From: Kofleriaceae bacterium
GTDB taxonomy: Bacteria; Myxococcota_A; Polyangia; Haliangiales; Haliangiaceae
Reading direction: 5' to 3'
DNA: 64,000 bases
NCBI GenBank assembly: GCA_965215005.1
Contig: CBDCCZ010000019.1
Location: 64,001 to 128,000 of the forward strand
The translations under genes and the position numbers were made by a program. The notes below the pieces were generated by a model. That model saw only the letters and a program-made list of their open reading frames with translations, was not told where the DNA came from and searched no databases. Below, one piece after another: positions 38,214-51,049 of this stretch (position 1 is the stretch's first letter; each line of letters starts with the position of its first letter).

Positions 38214-39581
38214 CTACCGCTCGATCACGACGCGCGACACCCGACTATGAAAGGCATCGCCGTCACTGTTACGGTCAGAGTGAAGTGCGGAAACGTAGCT
38301 CGAGCGCTCCGGCAGGTGCGTCGCCCGCGCTTTGAGATTGTAGTAGGTAAGCTCGTCAGGGTGCGGCCACTCGCTACGTGCCGACGCTGGCAGCTCAGGT
38401 AGCAGATACGTGCCGTCCTCGCGTACCGGTGAATAGACCGACCAGTAGTAGGACGTTGGCCGAGAAGGGTCGTCAATCTGCCCCCACATCGAGCCGTGAA
38501 TGATGGTCGTGCCCGCTCCCTTCGGTACCTGCTCGAGCTCGAGCTTCCACACTGGCGCGCTCCAATCGACCGCATCTGCAAGCCGCAGACGCCCGGGAAA
38601 CTGGTCGCCTTCTATAGTGATGCGGAGCTCTTGCGAGTCCTCGCTGAGCGTCCCGTCGTTCAGCTCAAAGTTCCACGAGCCTTCCACATTGTCGTCCTTG
38701 CTGAGCCAGCCTCCGATGTCGTAGCGGAGACGCCGCGCGGCGGGAAGTTCCCAGCGCCCCGTCGTGGGAGCATCGCGTGGGCCGGCGGTACTTACGGAAA
38801 GGCCGTCTGCTTTGATCTGCCCCCAGAGGCTGTAGGGATGATCGCTCAGTGGGCTCGGAAGATCTTGCCCGTCAACGTAGATAAAGCGCTCCGCCGGTCG
38901 CAAGTCCTGCGCTGAGACGAAGGTGCGACCTCGCAGCTCCGCGGTCTCGCTATCCCGCTCGATAGAAACTTTCTGGCGTACGTACGCGACCTCGCCCTCA
39001 TCGCTCTCGAGGCGCAGCAACAGACGGGCGCGACCATCATCTATGCAGCGCTCGGGCGCACCGGTCTGTTCGATGCTGACATACCTGATATCAGGAGGTA
39101 ACGGGGGATAGTGATAATAACTACCAGCGCAGCTACCTGCAGAGGCTACTCGCCAACCGTATACGTCGCTGTAGATGTCGAGTAGTCGGTTATCGATGTC
39201 GATGGCTGCATATCTGGTGTCAGAATCGCGTCTCCGTCGATCGATCAAAGTGTGAATCTCGCCCGGCTTAGCTCCCCACCAGGTCCTAAGGCGATATGAG
39301 GAGCCTAGGCGCGCGGCATCGACGACGGTGAAGGCATCTCCTTCGCTCCAGTCCGCAAACTCCGCCCATCCCTCGGAGTCAGTCGTGGTCTCGTTCTTCA
39401 CTGAGCCATCGGGATGGCTAGTAAAGAGGGGAACACCGGCAATTGGCCGACCGTTGGCCTCGACGAAACGAACCCGCAGCTCGGAGCCATCGTGCATCTG
39501 CGGCGCGTCCTCCGGACTCGCCGTTTCGTCTCCGCAGGCAGCAACGGAAGCTATTAGTAGAAAAAGCAGTAAGTGGCGCAT
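38214..39581 (-). CDS. Hypothetical lipoprotein, beta-rich
   Basis: MRHLLLFLLIASVAAC lipobox; carboxypeptidase-regulatory-like N-domain (GRPIAGV..TTDSEG). Confidence 0.75.
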   Translation of the reverse strand: MRHLLLFLLIASVAACGDETASPEDAPQMHDGSELRVRFVEANGRPIAGVPLFTSHPDGSVKNETTTDSEGWAEFADWSEGDAFTVVDAARLGSSYRLRTWWGAKPGEIHTLIDRRRRDSDTRYAAIDIDNRLLDIYSDVYGWRVASAGSCAGSYYHYPPLPPDIRYVSIEQTGAPERCIDDGRARLLLRLESDEGEVAYVRQKVSIERDSETAELRGRTFVSAQDLRPAERFIYVDGQDLPSPLSDHPYSLWGQIKADGLSVSTAGPRDAPTTGRWELPAARRLRYDIGGWLSKDDNVEGSWNFELNDGTLSEDSQELRITIEGDQFPGRLRLADAVDWSAPVWKLELEQVPKGAGTTIIHGSMWGQIDDPSRPTSYYWSVYSPVREDGTYLLPELPASARSEWPHPDELTYYNLKARATHLPERSSYVSALHSDRNSDGDAFHSRVSRVVIER

Positions 39582-40048
39582 GGTAGATAGTGGCAAGAGC
39601 ATCTGCGTCCTAGGCTGGCAGAACATCGAGAACGGAGTTATTAGGCGCGCGTATACCCTATGCACGGTTGTGCGTCACGCTCCGAATGCGGGAGGAGCCG
39701 CACTTGTGCAGCTTCGCAACAACAAGCAAAGCGCGCCCATGTGCGAAGGTGGCGCTCAAAGACTGCATGAGCAGGCCGAGGTCGCTCACCGCCACGAGGT
39801 CCACCATAGGTAACCTGCAACCGGAGGCGCCACGGCTGGACGAAACCGAGCCGATCTAGCTCCGCGAGTGAGCGCTCACGCGGGCGCAGCGCATCTCGCC
39901 AGCGACCTGCTCAGAATCCAAGCCGCCCTTGGCCACTTGCGCGGCATGGGTGGCCACGCAGTAGCCAGCTCGTTGGGACCCTCTCCGGCTAAAAGAAGGT
40001 CCCAAAGTCGCCCGAAGGCTTCATCTAACAAGAACCTGAATGATTTCG

Positions 40049-40121
<73 letters not shown>

Positions 40122-40278
40122 TGATTGATTCGGTTTTCAGGCTCTCGATAGAGAGGCGTGTATGAGTAACAGGGGCGGGGCGGGGTGTCAAGGTGCGGGC
40201 GAAGGGGCTTTGCGGACGGGCTGAGGGGGCGGGATTCGGGGTTTGACTTGGGGGACGGGGGGAGGCTAAAGGGCGTCG

Positions 40279-41022
40279 GTGGCGAAGATTCGGCTGGATA
40301 AGCTGCTGGTCGATCGGGGGCTCGTGCAGAGCCGTGAACGGGCGCGAGCGCTGATCTTGGAGGGCAAGGTTCGGGTCGGAGCGATGGCGGCGGCGAAGGC
40401 GGGAACGATGGTGGATCGAGGGGCGGATGTGCGGCTGGTGGAGGAGGACCATCCGTATGTGTCGCGGGGGGCGCTGAAGCTGGTGAAGGGGCTGGAGGCG
40501 TTTGGCATTGAGCCGGCTGGAATGACGTGTTTGGACGTTGGCGCGTCGACGGGTGGCTTCACGGATGTACTGCTGCGGCGCGGGGCGAAGCAGGTATATG
40601 CGATCGACGTGGGGTATGGGCAGCTGGCGTGGCCGCTTCGGCAGGATGGGCGGGTGGTGGTTCTAGAGCGTGAGAACGTTCGGCACCTGGCGACGGAGAG
40701 GGTTCCGCACGGCGCGGACCTGGCAGTCATCGACGTGTCGTTCATCTCATTGACGTTGGTGCTGCAGAAGGTTGCTGCGCTGCTGGGGCCACCTGGAGGC
40801 AAGCCGATTGTGGCGCTGGTGAAGCCGCAGTTCGAAGCGGGCAAGGCGGAGGTGGGGAAAGGCGGTGTGGTGCGCGACGAGGGGGTTCGACTGGCGACTG
40901 TTTACAAGGTGCAGGAGTGGGCAAAGGAGCATCACTTCATCGTCGGCGATGCGGTCGAGTCGCCGATTCGCGGACCGGCCGGCAACGTCGAGTTCTTGCA
41001 GCTGATACGCTCGCCTTTATGA
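40279..41022 (+). CDS. tlyA: TlyA family rRNA methyltransferase
   Basis: S4 domain RLDKLL, YVSRGALKL, LDVGASTGGFTD, LVKPQFE, GNVEF. Confidence 0.95.
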   Translation: MAKIRLDKLLVDRGLVQSRERARALILEGKVRVGAMAAAKAGTMVDRGADVRLVEEDHPYVSRGALKLVKGLEAFGIEPAGMTCLDVGASTGGFTDVLLRRGAKQVYAIDVGYGQLAWPLRQDGRVVVLERENVRHLATERVPHGADLAVIDVSFISLTLVLQKVAALLGPPGGKPIVALVKPQFEAGKAEVGKGGVVRDEGVRLATVYKVQEWAKEHHFIVGDAVESPIRGPAGNVEFLQLIRSPL

Positions 41023-42011
41023 AGCTCGTGGTTACTGGCGCAGCTGGGTTCATCGGCTCGCATACGTGTGCTGAGCTGGTGTCGCGTGGTCATGAAGTCG
41101 TAGGAGTGGACTCATTCGACGATTTCCTCTATCCAGCGTCGGTGAAGCGAGCGAATGCCGAGGCGCTCGTTCATGCGGTCGATCCAGGACGATTTCGCCT
41201 CTCTGAGGTCGACATCACGCAAGGCGAAGCAATCAATCGAATCATTGTCGAGTCTGGGGCCGACGCAGTTTGTCACTTGGCAGCGTTGGCCGGAGTTCGA
41301 CCTTCTCTGCGCGATCCGGCTCGGTACATCCGTACCAACCTCGAGGGTACAATCTACATTCTCGAGGCTTGCCGTGCCGCCGGCATCGAGCGGGTGGTGT
41401 TTGCTTCATCGAGCTCGGTATATGGTGCTCGTGCCGCTTACGAAGATGAGCTCTCAAAGGTTGAGCCATTCCGCGAGGACGCGCCGTGTCTCACGCCGGC
41501 CTCCCCTTATGCGGCAAGCAAACGCGCTGGGGAGCTCCTGTGCTCGTCCTATCGCGACCTCTATGGCCTGGGAATCAGCTCGCTGCGATTCTTCACTGTG
41601 TACGGGCCTCGGCAGCGGCCGGACATGGCGATTCACCGTTTCTTCCGCGCGATTCACGACGGAACTTCCATCACGATGTATGGCGATGGCTCGTCGAGGC
41701 GCGACTACACGTTCATAGAAGATATCGTCGCGGGAACGGTTGCGGCGTGTGAGCGAGTCGAGCCCGGAGCGTACCGCATCTACAATCTCGGCGGGACGCA
41801 AACCACCTCGCTGGCCGACCTGATCGAGCAGATCCAGCAAACGATGGGCAAACGCGCAGAGATCCGCCGTGCGCCGAATCAGCCGGGTGATGTCCCTATT
41901 ACCTATGCGGACATCACGAACTCGAAAGCGGATCTCGATTACGCTCCGACAACGCCCCTATCGGTGGGCCTCTCGCGTTTTTGGGAGTGGTTTCAAGCCC
42001 ACGAAAGCTGA
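41019..42011 (+). CDS. NAD-dependent epimerase (UDP-glucuronate 4-epimerase-like)
   Basis: GAAGFIG, HLAALAGVRPS, YAASK, RFFTVYGPRQRPDMA. Confidence 0.9.
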   Translation: MKLVVTGAAGFIGSHTCAELVSRGHEVVGVDSFDDFLYPASVKRANAEALVHAVDPGRFRLSEVDITQGEAINRIIVESGADAVCHLAALAGVRPSLRDPARYIRTNLEGTIYILEACRAAGIERVVFASSSSVYGARAAYEDELSKVEPFREDAPCLTPASPYAASKRAGELLCSSYRDLYGLGISSLRFFTVYGPRQRPDMAIHRFFRAIHDGTSITMYGDGSSRRDYTFIEDIVAGTVAACERVEPGAYRIYNLGGTQTTSLADLIEQIQQTMGKRAEIRRAPNQPGDVPITYADITNSKADLDYAPTTPLSVGLSRFWEWFQAHES

Positions 42012-42012
42012 G

Positions 42013-43344
<1,332 letters not shown>

Positions 43345-43360
43345 CGTTACGCACGCTATC

Positions 43361-44272
43361 ATGACACACGTGACGGTGGAGCTACGCGAGTTAGATCGAG
43401 CAGATTTGGGTGAGGCGAGCGCGCTCTTGGCTGCCGCATGCCCGCATGATGCCGCCGCGGCCGTCGCCGAAGAGAAGCTGTTTGGCACCGTGCCCGGCAG
43501 CGATTCGAGCGACACTCTCGGCGCGTTCGTGCGCGATCACCTGGTGGGGCTCGTAGCGACCGCCGGGCAATGGCTGCGGCTTCTTGCGGTGCATCCGGAG
43601 GTGCGTGGGCGCGGCATTGGAACCGCGCTACTCGCCGCCGGAGAGAGTGCCGCAACTCGTGCCAAAGCGGCTCGGCTGCGCACCCTCGATCAACCCGGCA
43701 ATTACTTATCTCCGGGCATCGACGACCGCGCCGCTGACGACATCGCGTGGCTCGAACGACGCGGCTATCGGCGCGTCGGCGAGAACACGAATTTGATCGT
43801 CGACGTAGCGGCGAACCCACGCATCACCGAGGAGCGGGTTCTCGAGCACGTGCGACGCCTCACCTCCGACGGCTACACGATTCGTCGCGCTCGCCAAAGC
43901 GATCGAGCCGATGTATGTGCGTTTGCAGCCGACTTCGCCCCAGCATGGGCCTTCGAGGTCGCGAGCGCTATTGGGCACGAGCCTTCAGGCGTTTGGATTG
44001 CGGTCGCCCAAGGCGAGGGCCGGCTCGCCGCGTTCGCTGCGCACGACGGCAATAACCGCGGGCTGGGATGGTTTGGGCCTGCAGCGACGGCGCTACCGCA
44101 CCGGCGTATGGGGATAGGCGAAGCACTGTTTCTGGCCTGCCTCCACGACGTCGCAGTGGCAGGCCATCAGGTGTGTGAGATTGCCTGGATTGGGCCGAGA
44201 AAGTTCTATGAGCGCATTGCCGGCATCACCGGTGAGCGACGCTTCGTAGTCCTTGCCAAGGAGCTTGGATGA
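43361..44272 (+). CDS. Tandem GNAT acetyltransferase
   Basis: VHPEVRGRGIG and PHRRMGIGEAL acetyl-CoA motifs. Confidence 0.85.
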   Translation: MTHVTVELRELDRADLGEASALLAAACPHDAAAAVAEEKLFGTVPGSDSSDTLGAFVRDHLVGLVATAGQWLRLLAVHPEVRGRGIGTALLAAGESAATRAKAARLRTLDQPGNYLSPGIDDRAADDIAWLERRGYRRVGENTNLIVDVAANPRITEERVLEHVRRLTSDGYTIRRARQSDRADVCAFAADFAPAWAFEVASAIGHEPSGVWIAVAQGEGRLAAFAAHDGNNRGLGWFGPAATALPHRRMGIGEALFLACLHDVAVAGHQVCEIAWIGPRKFYERIAGITGERRFVVLAKELG

Positions 44273-45272
44273 GTCCTCTGCATCGGGTGTGGCTGCCGTG
44301 AGAGCGATGCTGCTTGCCGCGGGTTTTGGAACCCGCCTCGGCGCGTTGTCAGAAGATCGACCCAAGCCGATGCTGCCGGTCTGCGACCTGCCTATCTTGC
44401 AGTATGGAGTTTCGCTGCTGGTCGGCCATGGCATCACCGACATCGTCATCAACGTGCACCATCGCGCGGATTCAGTGGAGCGGGCCCTAGGCGACGGCTC
44501 CCGACTGGGCGCGCGCATTCGCTATTCGCGCGAGGCGACGATTCTCGGCACCGGCGGCGGACTGAAGAACGCGCTGCCGCTCCTCGATCCCAATGGCCAC
44601 GACGAGCCGTTTCTATCGCTCAACGGCAAGCTGATTTTCGACGTCGACTTGCATGCAATCACATCCGCCTACGAACGCGCCGGCGAGCCGCTGGGACTGC
44701 TGGTTGTGCGGGCTGTGCCAGACGCGGCAAGTTGGGGAGCAGTACGATGTGTCCCGAGCGGCGATGGGCTGCGCGTTGAGGACATTTTGGGCGAAGGTGC
44801 GCACATGTTCACCGGCGTACACATGACCCGTCCGTCCGTGGTGGCGCGGTTGCCAGAAGGTGAAGCGTGCATGGTTCGTCAGGGGTATCTGCCGTGGCTG
44901 CGGCAAGGCGGCTACGTTGCCGCATGTGAGGCGGGCGGATACTTCGCCGAGCACTCGACGCCAGAGCGATACCTGGCGAGCAATCTAGAGCTGCTCGCGG
45001 GCGAGCCGCTACGCTTCCCGCCAGGACCTCTGCGCGGCGTCGCTCAGACCGCGGTGGTGGCTGCATCCGCCAGGCTCGTTGAGCCGGTTCGCGTCGGGCC
45101 GGGCGCGCGTATCGGCCACGGTGCAACGGTAGGCCCTGGCGTTGTCGTCGGCTCCGGCGCGGCGATCGCCGACAACGTTCAGATCGAACGTGCCGTGGTT
45201 TGGCCCGGCGCGCGCGTAGAAGCCTCCGTAGCGGATGCAATCGTGACGCCCAAGGTCACGTTGAACGTGTGA
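44265..45272 (+). CDS. Sugar-phosphate nucleotidyltransferase with left-handed beta-helix tail
   Basis: LAAGFGTRL..RPKPMLPV, LGTGGGLK, hexapeptide repeats. Confidence 0.88.
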   Translation: MDESSASGVAAVRAMLLAAGFGTRLGALSEDRPKPMLPVCDLPILQYGVSLLVGHGITDIVINVHHRADSVERALGDGSRLGARIRYSREATILGTGGGLKNALPLLDPNGHDEPFLSLNGKLIFDVDLHAITSAYERAGEPLGLLVVRAVPDAASWGAVRCVPSGDGLRVEDILGEGAHMFTGVHMTRPSVVARLPEGEACMVRQGYLPWLRQGGYVAACEAGGYFAEHSTPERYLASNLELLAGEPLRFPPGPLRGVAQTAVVAASARLVEPVRVGPGARIGHGATVGPGVVVGSGAAIADNVQIERAVVWPGARVEASVADAIVTPKVTLNV

Positions 45273-45281
45273 TCGCGCCGC

Positions 45282-45637
45282 TCAGCGCGCACAACCCTTG
45301 GCATCGAGCGCGTTGTTCTCTGCGATGCACGACGCCACGATTCGGCGCGCCGTGTCGCCGGTTTTCAGCCGCTGGCGTGCGGTGGTGCCCCCGGCTCGAT
45401 TGGCGCGAAGAGCCATGTCCAAGGCACTGAGCTTGGCTTGCTTGAGCTCACATTCATCAGCCAACGCCGGCACCTTTTCAGCGCAGGCACATAATCTCGA
45501 GATGTAGGCCTTGCAGGCGTCTTCGCCGCGAGCAGCCTCATCGACTGCAAGCGGTGGCGGCATCTCCGCAGGCGCGGGTGTCTCAGCGCTCTGGTTGCAG
45601 CCAACGCCCAGGAGAACGAGAATGACGAGCGCACGCA

Positions 45638-45641
<4 letters not shown>
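45282..45641 (-). CDS. Small Cys-rich lipoprotein
   Basis: Lipobox LLGVGC; paired cysteines. Confidence 0.7.
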
Positions 45642-46429
<788 letters not shown>

Positions 46430-46452
46430 CCAACGCAGATGCTACCACCGAA

Positions 46453-46481
46453 TTGACAAGCCAGCATGAGACGCCGATGCT
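46453..46481 (+). promoter_or_regulatory. Sigma70-like promoter
   Basis: TTGACA-17 nt-GATGCT. Confidence 0.4.
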
Positions 46482-46491
46482 TAAAGAACCT

Positions 46492-46671
46492 ATGGCCTCT
46501 GGGCACACGGACCTTATGGCGTCCTGGTGGGGTTATGCCGAGGCCGACCCCACCGTCGTCGGGGTCTTGGTCGCGGTGATCGCCGCGATCGCGGTCGCGT
46601 TCACCGCATTCCGCCTTCGCGAGGCTTTGCGCCGCAGGCACAGCCACTCCAGCCGACGAAGGCGAGACTGA
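46492..46671 (+). CDS. Small single-TM protein
   Basis: VVGVLVAVIAAIAVAFTAF followed by a basic tail; start uncertain. Confidence 0.45.
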   Translation: MASGHTDLMASWWGYAEADPTVVGVLVAVIAAIAVAFTAFRLREALRRRHSHSSRRRRD

Positions 46672-46678
46672 CGTGTCG

Positions 46679-48232
46679 ATGGTCGCGCGTGGACACGTCG
46701 GCGATCGTCCCTTCAGCCGGACCATCTTTGCGATTGGCGCCCGCGGGTTTTCCGGCGAGCTGCTGCTAGAAGAAGCGGGTCGTCGCTATCGCGTGGCCTG
46801 GCGCGACGGCGCGGCAATAGCTGCGGACAGTCCCGCACCAGCTGATGCGCCGACTCGACTGGCAGCGGCGGCCGGTCTCATCGACCGCGTTGCGGTCGCC
46901 GACGTGGTGCGCGCAATGAAGGAGCGGCCCGCCGAGGATCCGCTCACGATTCTCCTCGACGTGGCCAAACTAGCTCCTGCGCGCGCTGCCGTCATCAGCA
47001 AGCGCGCATTCGCGCAGGCAGCGCTGCGACCATTCGCCCTCGAAAACGCGCGCTTCACGCTTCTCACCCAAACCGATCTGCAACCGCGGGCAGAGTGCAC
47101 GCCGCTCGATTGCCGCTGGCTCATCCTTCACGGAATTCTCGCGCACTACTCGAGTCAACGCGTTGCCAGCGAGCTTGGCGCCGTAGTCGCTGGCTCGTTC
47201 CGGCTCAGCGAAGCGGGCCATTCCGCTGCAGCTGCATTCGGTTTCGGCGAGCAAGATCGGCTGCTTCTCGCCGCGCTCCGCAGTCAGCAGCACAATTATT
47301 CGGAGCTGGTCGAGCTCGATCTCAAGCTCGACCGCTACCGCGTCGGCGCGTGTCTCCTGGCGCTAGCGGCCTGCGGGTATCTCGAAATGAGCGCAACGCC
47401 AAATCGCGCGGCAGCGAGAGCTTCCCGCGATACGCTGGCGCCTCCGCCCGGAGCGCGCGCAAATCCCGCGTCGGACCTGCAAGCGGAAACCATCCGCACT
47501 CTGATCCGCACTAAGCAGATCCTGCTGGACCGGGACGCCAGCCATTTCGAGCTGCTCGAGCTCGGCCAGGATGCCAGCAGCGATGACGTTCGCGCTGCGT
47601 ATTTCGCGCTGGCCAAGCAGCTTCATCCCGACCGACTACGCGCGGCGGGAATCGCGGACCTCGGGGAGCAAGCTCACCGGGTGTTTGCGCAGATCAACAA
47701 GGCGTTTGCCACGCTGAGCGATGCGAGTAAACGAGCTGCCTATGAAGATGTTTTGCGTGCGGGCGGAGAGAAGGCAGTGCGCGCTCAGCAAGCCGCCGCC
47801 GAGGAGCTCGCGGAACGAATCTTCGCTGCTGAGGAGGCGTTTTTGCGCGGAGAGATGGCCCTTCGCCGGCGCAACTTCAGCGATGCGATGCGCGAGCTAC
47901 AGCGCGCCATCGAGCTCAATCCCGAGGAAGGAGAGCATTACGCCTACCTTGGATGGGCGCGATGGTGCAGCCAGACGGAAAAGAATCAACCGCTCGCCGC
48001 CGAGGTCGAGGCCGCCCTTAAGAAGGCGATCGAGCTCTCACCGATGAGCCCAACCGGATACTTGTTTCGCGGTCGTGTCGCCAAGCAACTCGGCAACAGT
48101 GACACCGCAGCAGAGTGCTTTCGTAAGGTCGTGGAGCTCCGGCCCGACGAACGGGAGGCGCAGGTCGAGCTGCGCCTCCTCGAGAAGGAGGATGACAAGA
48201 AAGGCTTGCTGGGGCGTTTCCGCCGCAGCTAG
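46679..48232 (+). CDS. J-domain and TPR protein
   Basis: HFELL..AKQLHPDR..INKAFATLSD..RAAYE; C-terminal TPRs. Confidence 0.88.
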   Translation: MVARGHVGDRPFSRTIFAIGARGFSGELLLEEAGRRYRVAWRDGAAIAADSPAPADAPTRLAAAAGLIDRVAVADVVRAMKERPAEDPLTILLDVAKLAPARAAVISKRAFAQAALRPFALENARFTLLTQTDLQPRAECTPLDCRWLILHGILAHYSSQRVASELGAVVAGSFRLSEAGHSAAAAFGFGEQDRLLLAALRSQQHNYSELVELDLKLDRYRVGACLLALAACGYLEMSATPNRAAARASRDTLAPPPGARANPASDLQAETIRTLIRTKQILLDRDASHFELLELGQDASSDDVRAAYFALAKQLHPDRLRAAGIADLGEQAHRVFAQINKAFATLSDASKRAAYEDVLRAGGEKAVRAQQAAAEELAERIFAAEEAFLRGEMALRRRNFSDAMRELQRAIELNPEEGEHYAYLGWARWCSQTEKNQPLAAEVEAALKKAIELSPMSPTGYLFRGRVAKQLGNSDTAAECFRKVVELRPDEREAQVELRLLEKEDDKKGLLGRFRRS

Positions 48233-48241
48233 CCGGCAAGC

Positions 48242-48583
48242 CTAGTCGTCGCTGTCATTGTCAGTGTCGTCATCGCTGCTTGGCGGCGCGTGGTTGGCGT
48301 CTTCGCTGTACCAGCTCTCGAGAGCCGAGATGATGGCCCGCGCCTGCTTCTCACTCGAGATGTTGAAGCTCGACTGCTTGCGATACTGACCGTTCCACTT
48401 TTTGTAGCGCACGATCGCGACCTTCGGCGCGCGCCACTCCTCGGTCTTGCGGTCGAGTTCCTGGAACAGGAACATCAACGTCGACCAGGCCCCCTTGGAG
48501 AGGACCTCTTTGGCCAGCTCCCGCCGTACGGCGCGGCCGTCTTCTTCGTAGTCATACGTGATCTCATCGATGGTCTCGGCCAT
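48242..48583 (-). CDS. Hypothetical protein
   Basis: 113 aa, GGAG RBS, acidic tail. Confidence 0.75.
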   Translation of the reverse strand: MAETIDEITYDYEEDGRAVRRELAKEVLSKGAWSTLMFLFQELDRKTEEWRAPKVAIVRYKKWNGQYRKQSSFNISSEKQARAIISALESWYSEDANHAPPSSDDDTDNDSDD

Positions 48584-48595
48584 GTCGTCTCCGTT

Positions 48596-48943
48596 CTACC
48601 TCGCGCTTGCGCCAGAAGCGGCGGCTAATTCATCGAGTCGGGCACGCGCGGCATCGTCGGCAGGAAACAGAGCCACCGACATGCCGGCGGGCTCGCCTTC
48701 AGCGCCATCGCGCAGCGCCACGACCCGGGCCTCGAGCTGCACGGCCGATCCGCCTTCGGGGGCGAGCTTGACTGTGAAAACTTCATCGACCTCGAGGAAG
48801 AACGGCCCGACCAAGAACGCCCCCTGGGCGGTCAATTCGCGCACTCCGAACATCGCGTAGGGCTCCCGCGAATCCCCCGCGAGAAGCGAGGCAATCAGGG
48901 GCTCGCGCCCGCCAGCGGCAGCTACATGCGTCATGACATTCAT
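48596..48943 (-). CDS. PilZ-like domain protein
   Basis: RELTAQGAFL..ARVV..GMSVALF; no RxxxR motif. Confidence 0.65.
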   Translation of the reverse strand: MNVMTHVAAAGGREPLIASLLAGDSREPYAMFGVRELTAQGAFLVGPFFLEVDEVFTVKLAPEGGSAVQLEARVVALRDGAEGEPAGMSVALFPADDAARARLDELAAASGASAR

Positions 48944-49806
48944 TTCGATGTTGGCGCGGTGGCCTGTACCACAGAGCGCGTCGTAACGGCAAGGCGCCCC
49001 TGCTCGATCCCCGGTGCGGCTAATGGGAACCGCCGCGTGCGCTCGAGGATGACAGCCAAAGAAGAGGTGTCCTCTGCGAGTAGCTGGGTCAGGTGCGCGC
49101 GAGGCACCAGCAGCCTACCCGTGTCTTGGGTGCGGCAGCGCAACGTTACGCCGGGCGTGGGCCCCTGCACCGACACGACTAGCTCCTCATCGCTCGCAAT
49201 CACGGCAGCCGAATTTCTGGCTGGCTCCCAGCGCACCACGAGCCCATCGCCGGCGAGGCTCGCATGCGGCCTCGTGATCGGCGGCAGGTCGCCGTAGGCG
49301 TCAAGCGCCCCAATGTGTGCACCGCCTTCCCCCACTACCGTTACCGCGGTGCCCTCAGAGACGGCTATGGGAACCGCGATTTCATCGTATTCGACGCCCA
49401 TCACCTGCGGGAACATAGGCGCCACGTGCCGAGGAGTGACAGTCCAAGATTCCAGCCCGTCGATTTGGAAATGGATTTCGCCCGCATCTAAATGATGCAA
49501 CACGCGACGCTCTGGCAGGCGCGCCAGGGCCATCTCGACCTCCGCCGAAGCATCCCGCAGCACGCAGGTTTCGAGCTCTAAGCGAGGCGGCGTAGCGCCC
49601 GCGAGTGCATGCGCCGTCGCTGCGTCGATCGAACCGAACCTGATGAATCGCGCTCGCGCTTCTAGGTAGGGGGTAGGCTCGGTAACGTCCAGTACAACCT
49701 CCAGCTGGGCATCCAGTGTGCTGGCTAACCCTTCCACTGGCGGCGCCCCTTCCCCGGCGGAACAGGCACTGGCTAGCAAACAGCATGGCAAGAACGAACG
49801 AGACAT
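48940..49806 (-). CDS. Hypothetical lipoprotein
   Basis: MSRSFLPCCLLASAC lipobox. Confidence 0.65.
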   Translation of the reverse strand: MSRSFLPCCLLASACSAGEGAPPVEGLASTLDAQLEVVLDVTEPTPYLEARARFIRFGSIDAATAHALAGATPPRLELETCVLRDASAEVEMALARLPERRVLHHLDAGEIHFQIDGLESWTVTPRHVAPMFPQVMGVEYDEIAVPIAVSEGTAVTVVGEGGAHIGALDAYGDLPPITRPHASLAGDGLVVRWEPARNSAAVIASDEELVVSVQGPTPGVTLRCRTQDTGRLLVPRAHLTQLLAEDTSSLAVILERTRRFPLAAPGIEQGRLAVTTRSVVQATAPTSK

Positions 49807-49981
49807 AGCGGTGGCACGGGTGTTTGAGCTCCGCGCAACGCTATCGTATTTGACGGCCCTTGGTCCGAGCAAACTGCCGGGGTACTCTCCCTCCGCCAAA
49901 CCTACACGCGCGGCGCTACTCGTGGCGTCGCGGTTCGATTCACGCGCCTCTTAGCGCCTCAAGAACTCGCGGCTTACATAG

Positions 49982-50710
49982 ATGATGCTCAAACCGGTCG
50001 AAAAACAGCGCGTTGCCGAGGAGATCGTAGAGCAGCTTCGCTCTCTGATCCTAACGGGGCAATACCCACCTGGCGCTAAGCTGCCCCCGGAGCGGGAGCT
50101 CTCCAAACGGCTCGGCGTTAATCGCGCATCGCTACGCGAGGCTCTCAAGAAGCTCGAGCATCTCGGACTCGTTCGCATCAGGCAAGGCGATGGAACGCGG
50201 GTGCAAAACTTCATGGAGACCGGTGGTATCGAGCTCATCGCTCACTTGCTGCCGCTTGCAGGTTCCGGCCGACCGGAGATTTTGCGCGACATGCTCGAGT
50301 TTCGCCGCATCATCGGGCGCGAGATCGCCCGGCTGGCGGCCGCTCGAGTCCAGCCCGAACATCTCGCTCGACTCAAAACGATTGCTGAGCAGGCCGCCGC
50401 CGCTGAAGCGCAAGAGCTCTTCGAGCTCGACTTCGACTTCTATATTGCACTCACTGGGGCCACGGGTAATCAACTCATGAGCCTGCTCATCAATACGGTT
50501 CGCGACGGCATGCGCGCGTATGGGCCACTGCTCGCGAACTTGACCGTGTCGCCAGATGCAGTGCGTGAGCATCACCGTGCGGTCATCGGCGCGCTCGAGG
50601 ACGGCGATAGTGACGCGGCGACGCGGGCGGCCGATGCGTATCTCGCTCGCGGCGCTGAGCATGCGCTGTCACTCGCCTCGACCGGGCAGTTGCCGGCGGT
50701 CGGTACGTGA
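49982..50710 (+). CDS. GntR/FadR-family transcriptional regulator
   Basis: KLPPERELSKRLGVNRASLREAL..QGDGT; FCD domain. Confidence 0.92.
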   Translation: MMLKPVEKQRVAEEIVEQLRSLILTGQYPPGAKLPPERELSKRLGVNRASLREALKKLEHLGLVRIRQGDGTRVQNFMETGGIELIAHLLPLAGSGRPEILRDMLEFRRIIGREIARLAAARVQPEHLARLKTIAEQAAAAEAQELFELDFDFYIALTGATGNQLMSLLINTVRDGMRAYGPLLANLTVSPDAVREHHRAVIGALEDGDSDAATRAADAYLARGAEHALSLASTGQLPAVGT

Positions 50711-50728
50711 CATGGTAAAACGCCGACG

Positions 50729-51049
50729 ATGGATGCGCTGACCCGCGACGACGTGAAAGAGATCGCCCTGCTCGCGCGACTTGCGCTGAGCGAAGAAGAG
50801 ATTGAAGAGCTGCGTGGCGAGCTCACTACCATTCTCGCGCACATGGAAGCGCTCTCGCGGGTCGACACGGAAGGTGTGGACCCGATGACGCACCCGGTAG
50901 CAATGACACTGAGGCTGCGGGATGACAGTCCATCGGCATCTTTTGCGAGCGAGGTCGCGACGGCGCAGGCCCCCGAGAGCGAGGATGGTAACTTTCGCGT
51001 GCCTCACGTGATCAAGTCGGCGACGAGCAGCCGGCGGCAGTCGCCATGA
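50729..51049 (+). CDS. gatC: Asp/Glu-tRNA amidotransferase subunit C
   Basis: [23 protein letters not shown]. Confidence 0.93.
   Translation: MDALTRDDVKEIALLARLALSEEEIEELRGELTTILAHMEALSRVDTEGVDPMTHPVAMTLRLRDDSPSASFASEVATAQAPESEDGNFRVPHVIKSATSSRRQSP

Noticed and set aside
49813..49828. TGGCACG as a sigma-54 promoter
   Set aside because: The -12 element reads TTTG rather than TTGC at the required spacing
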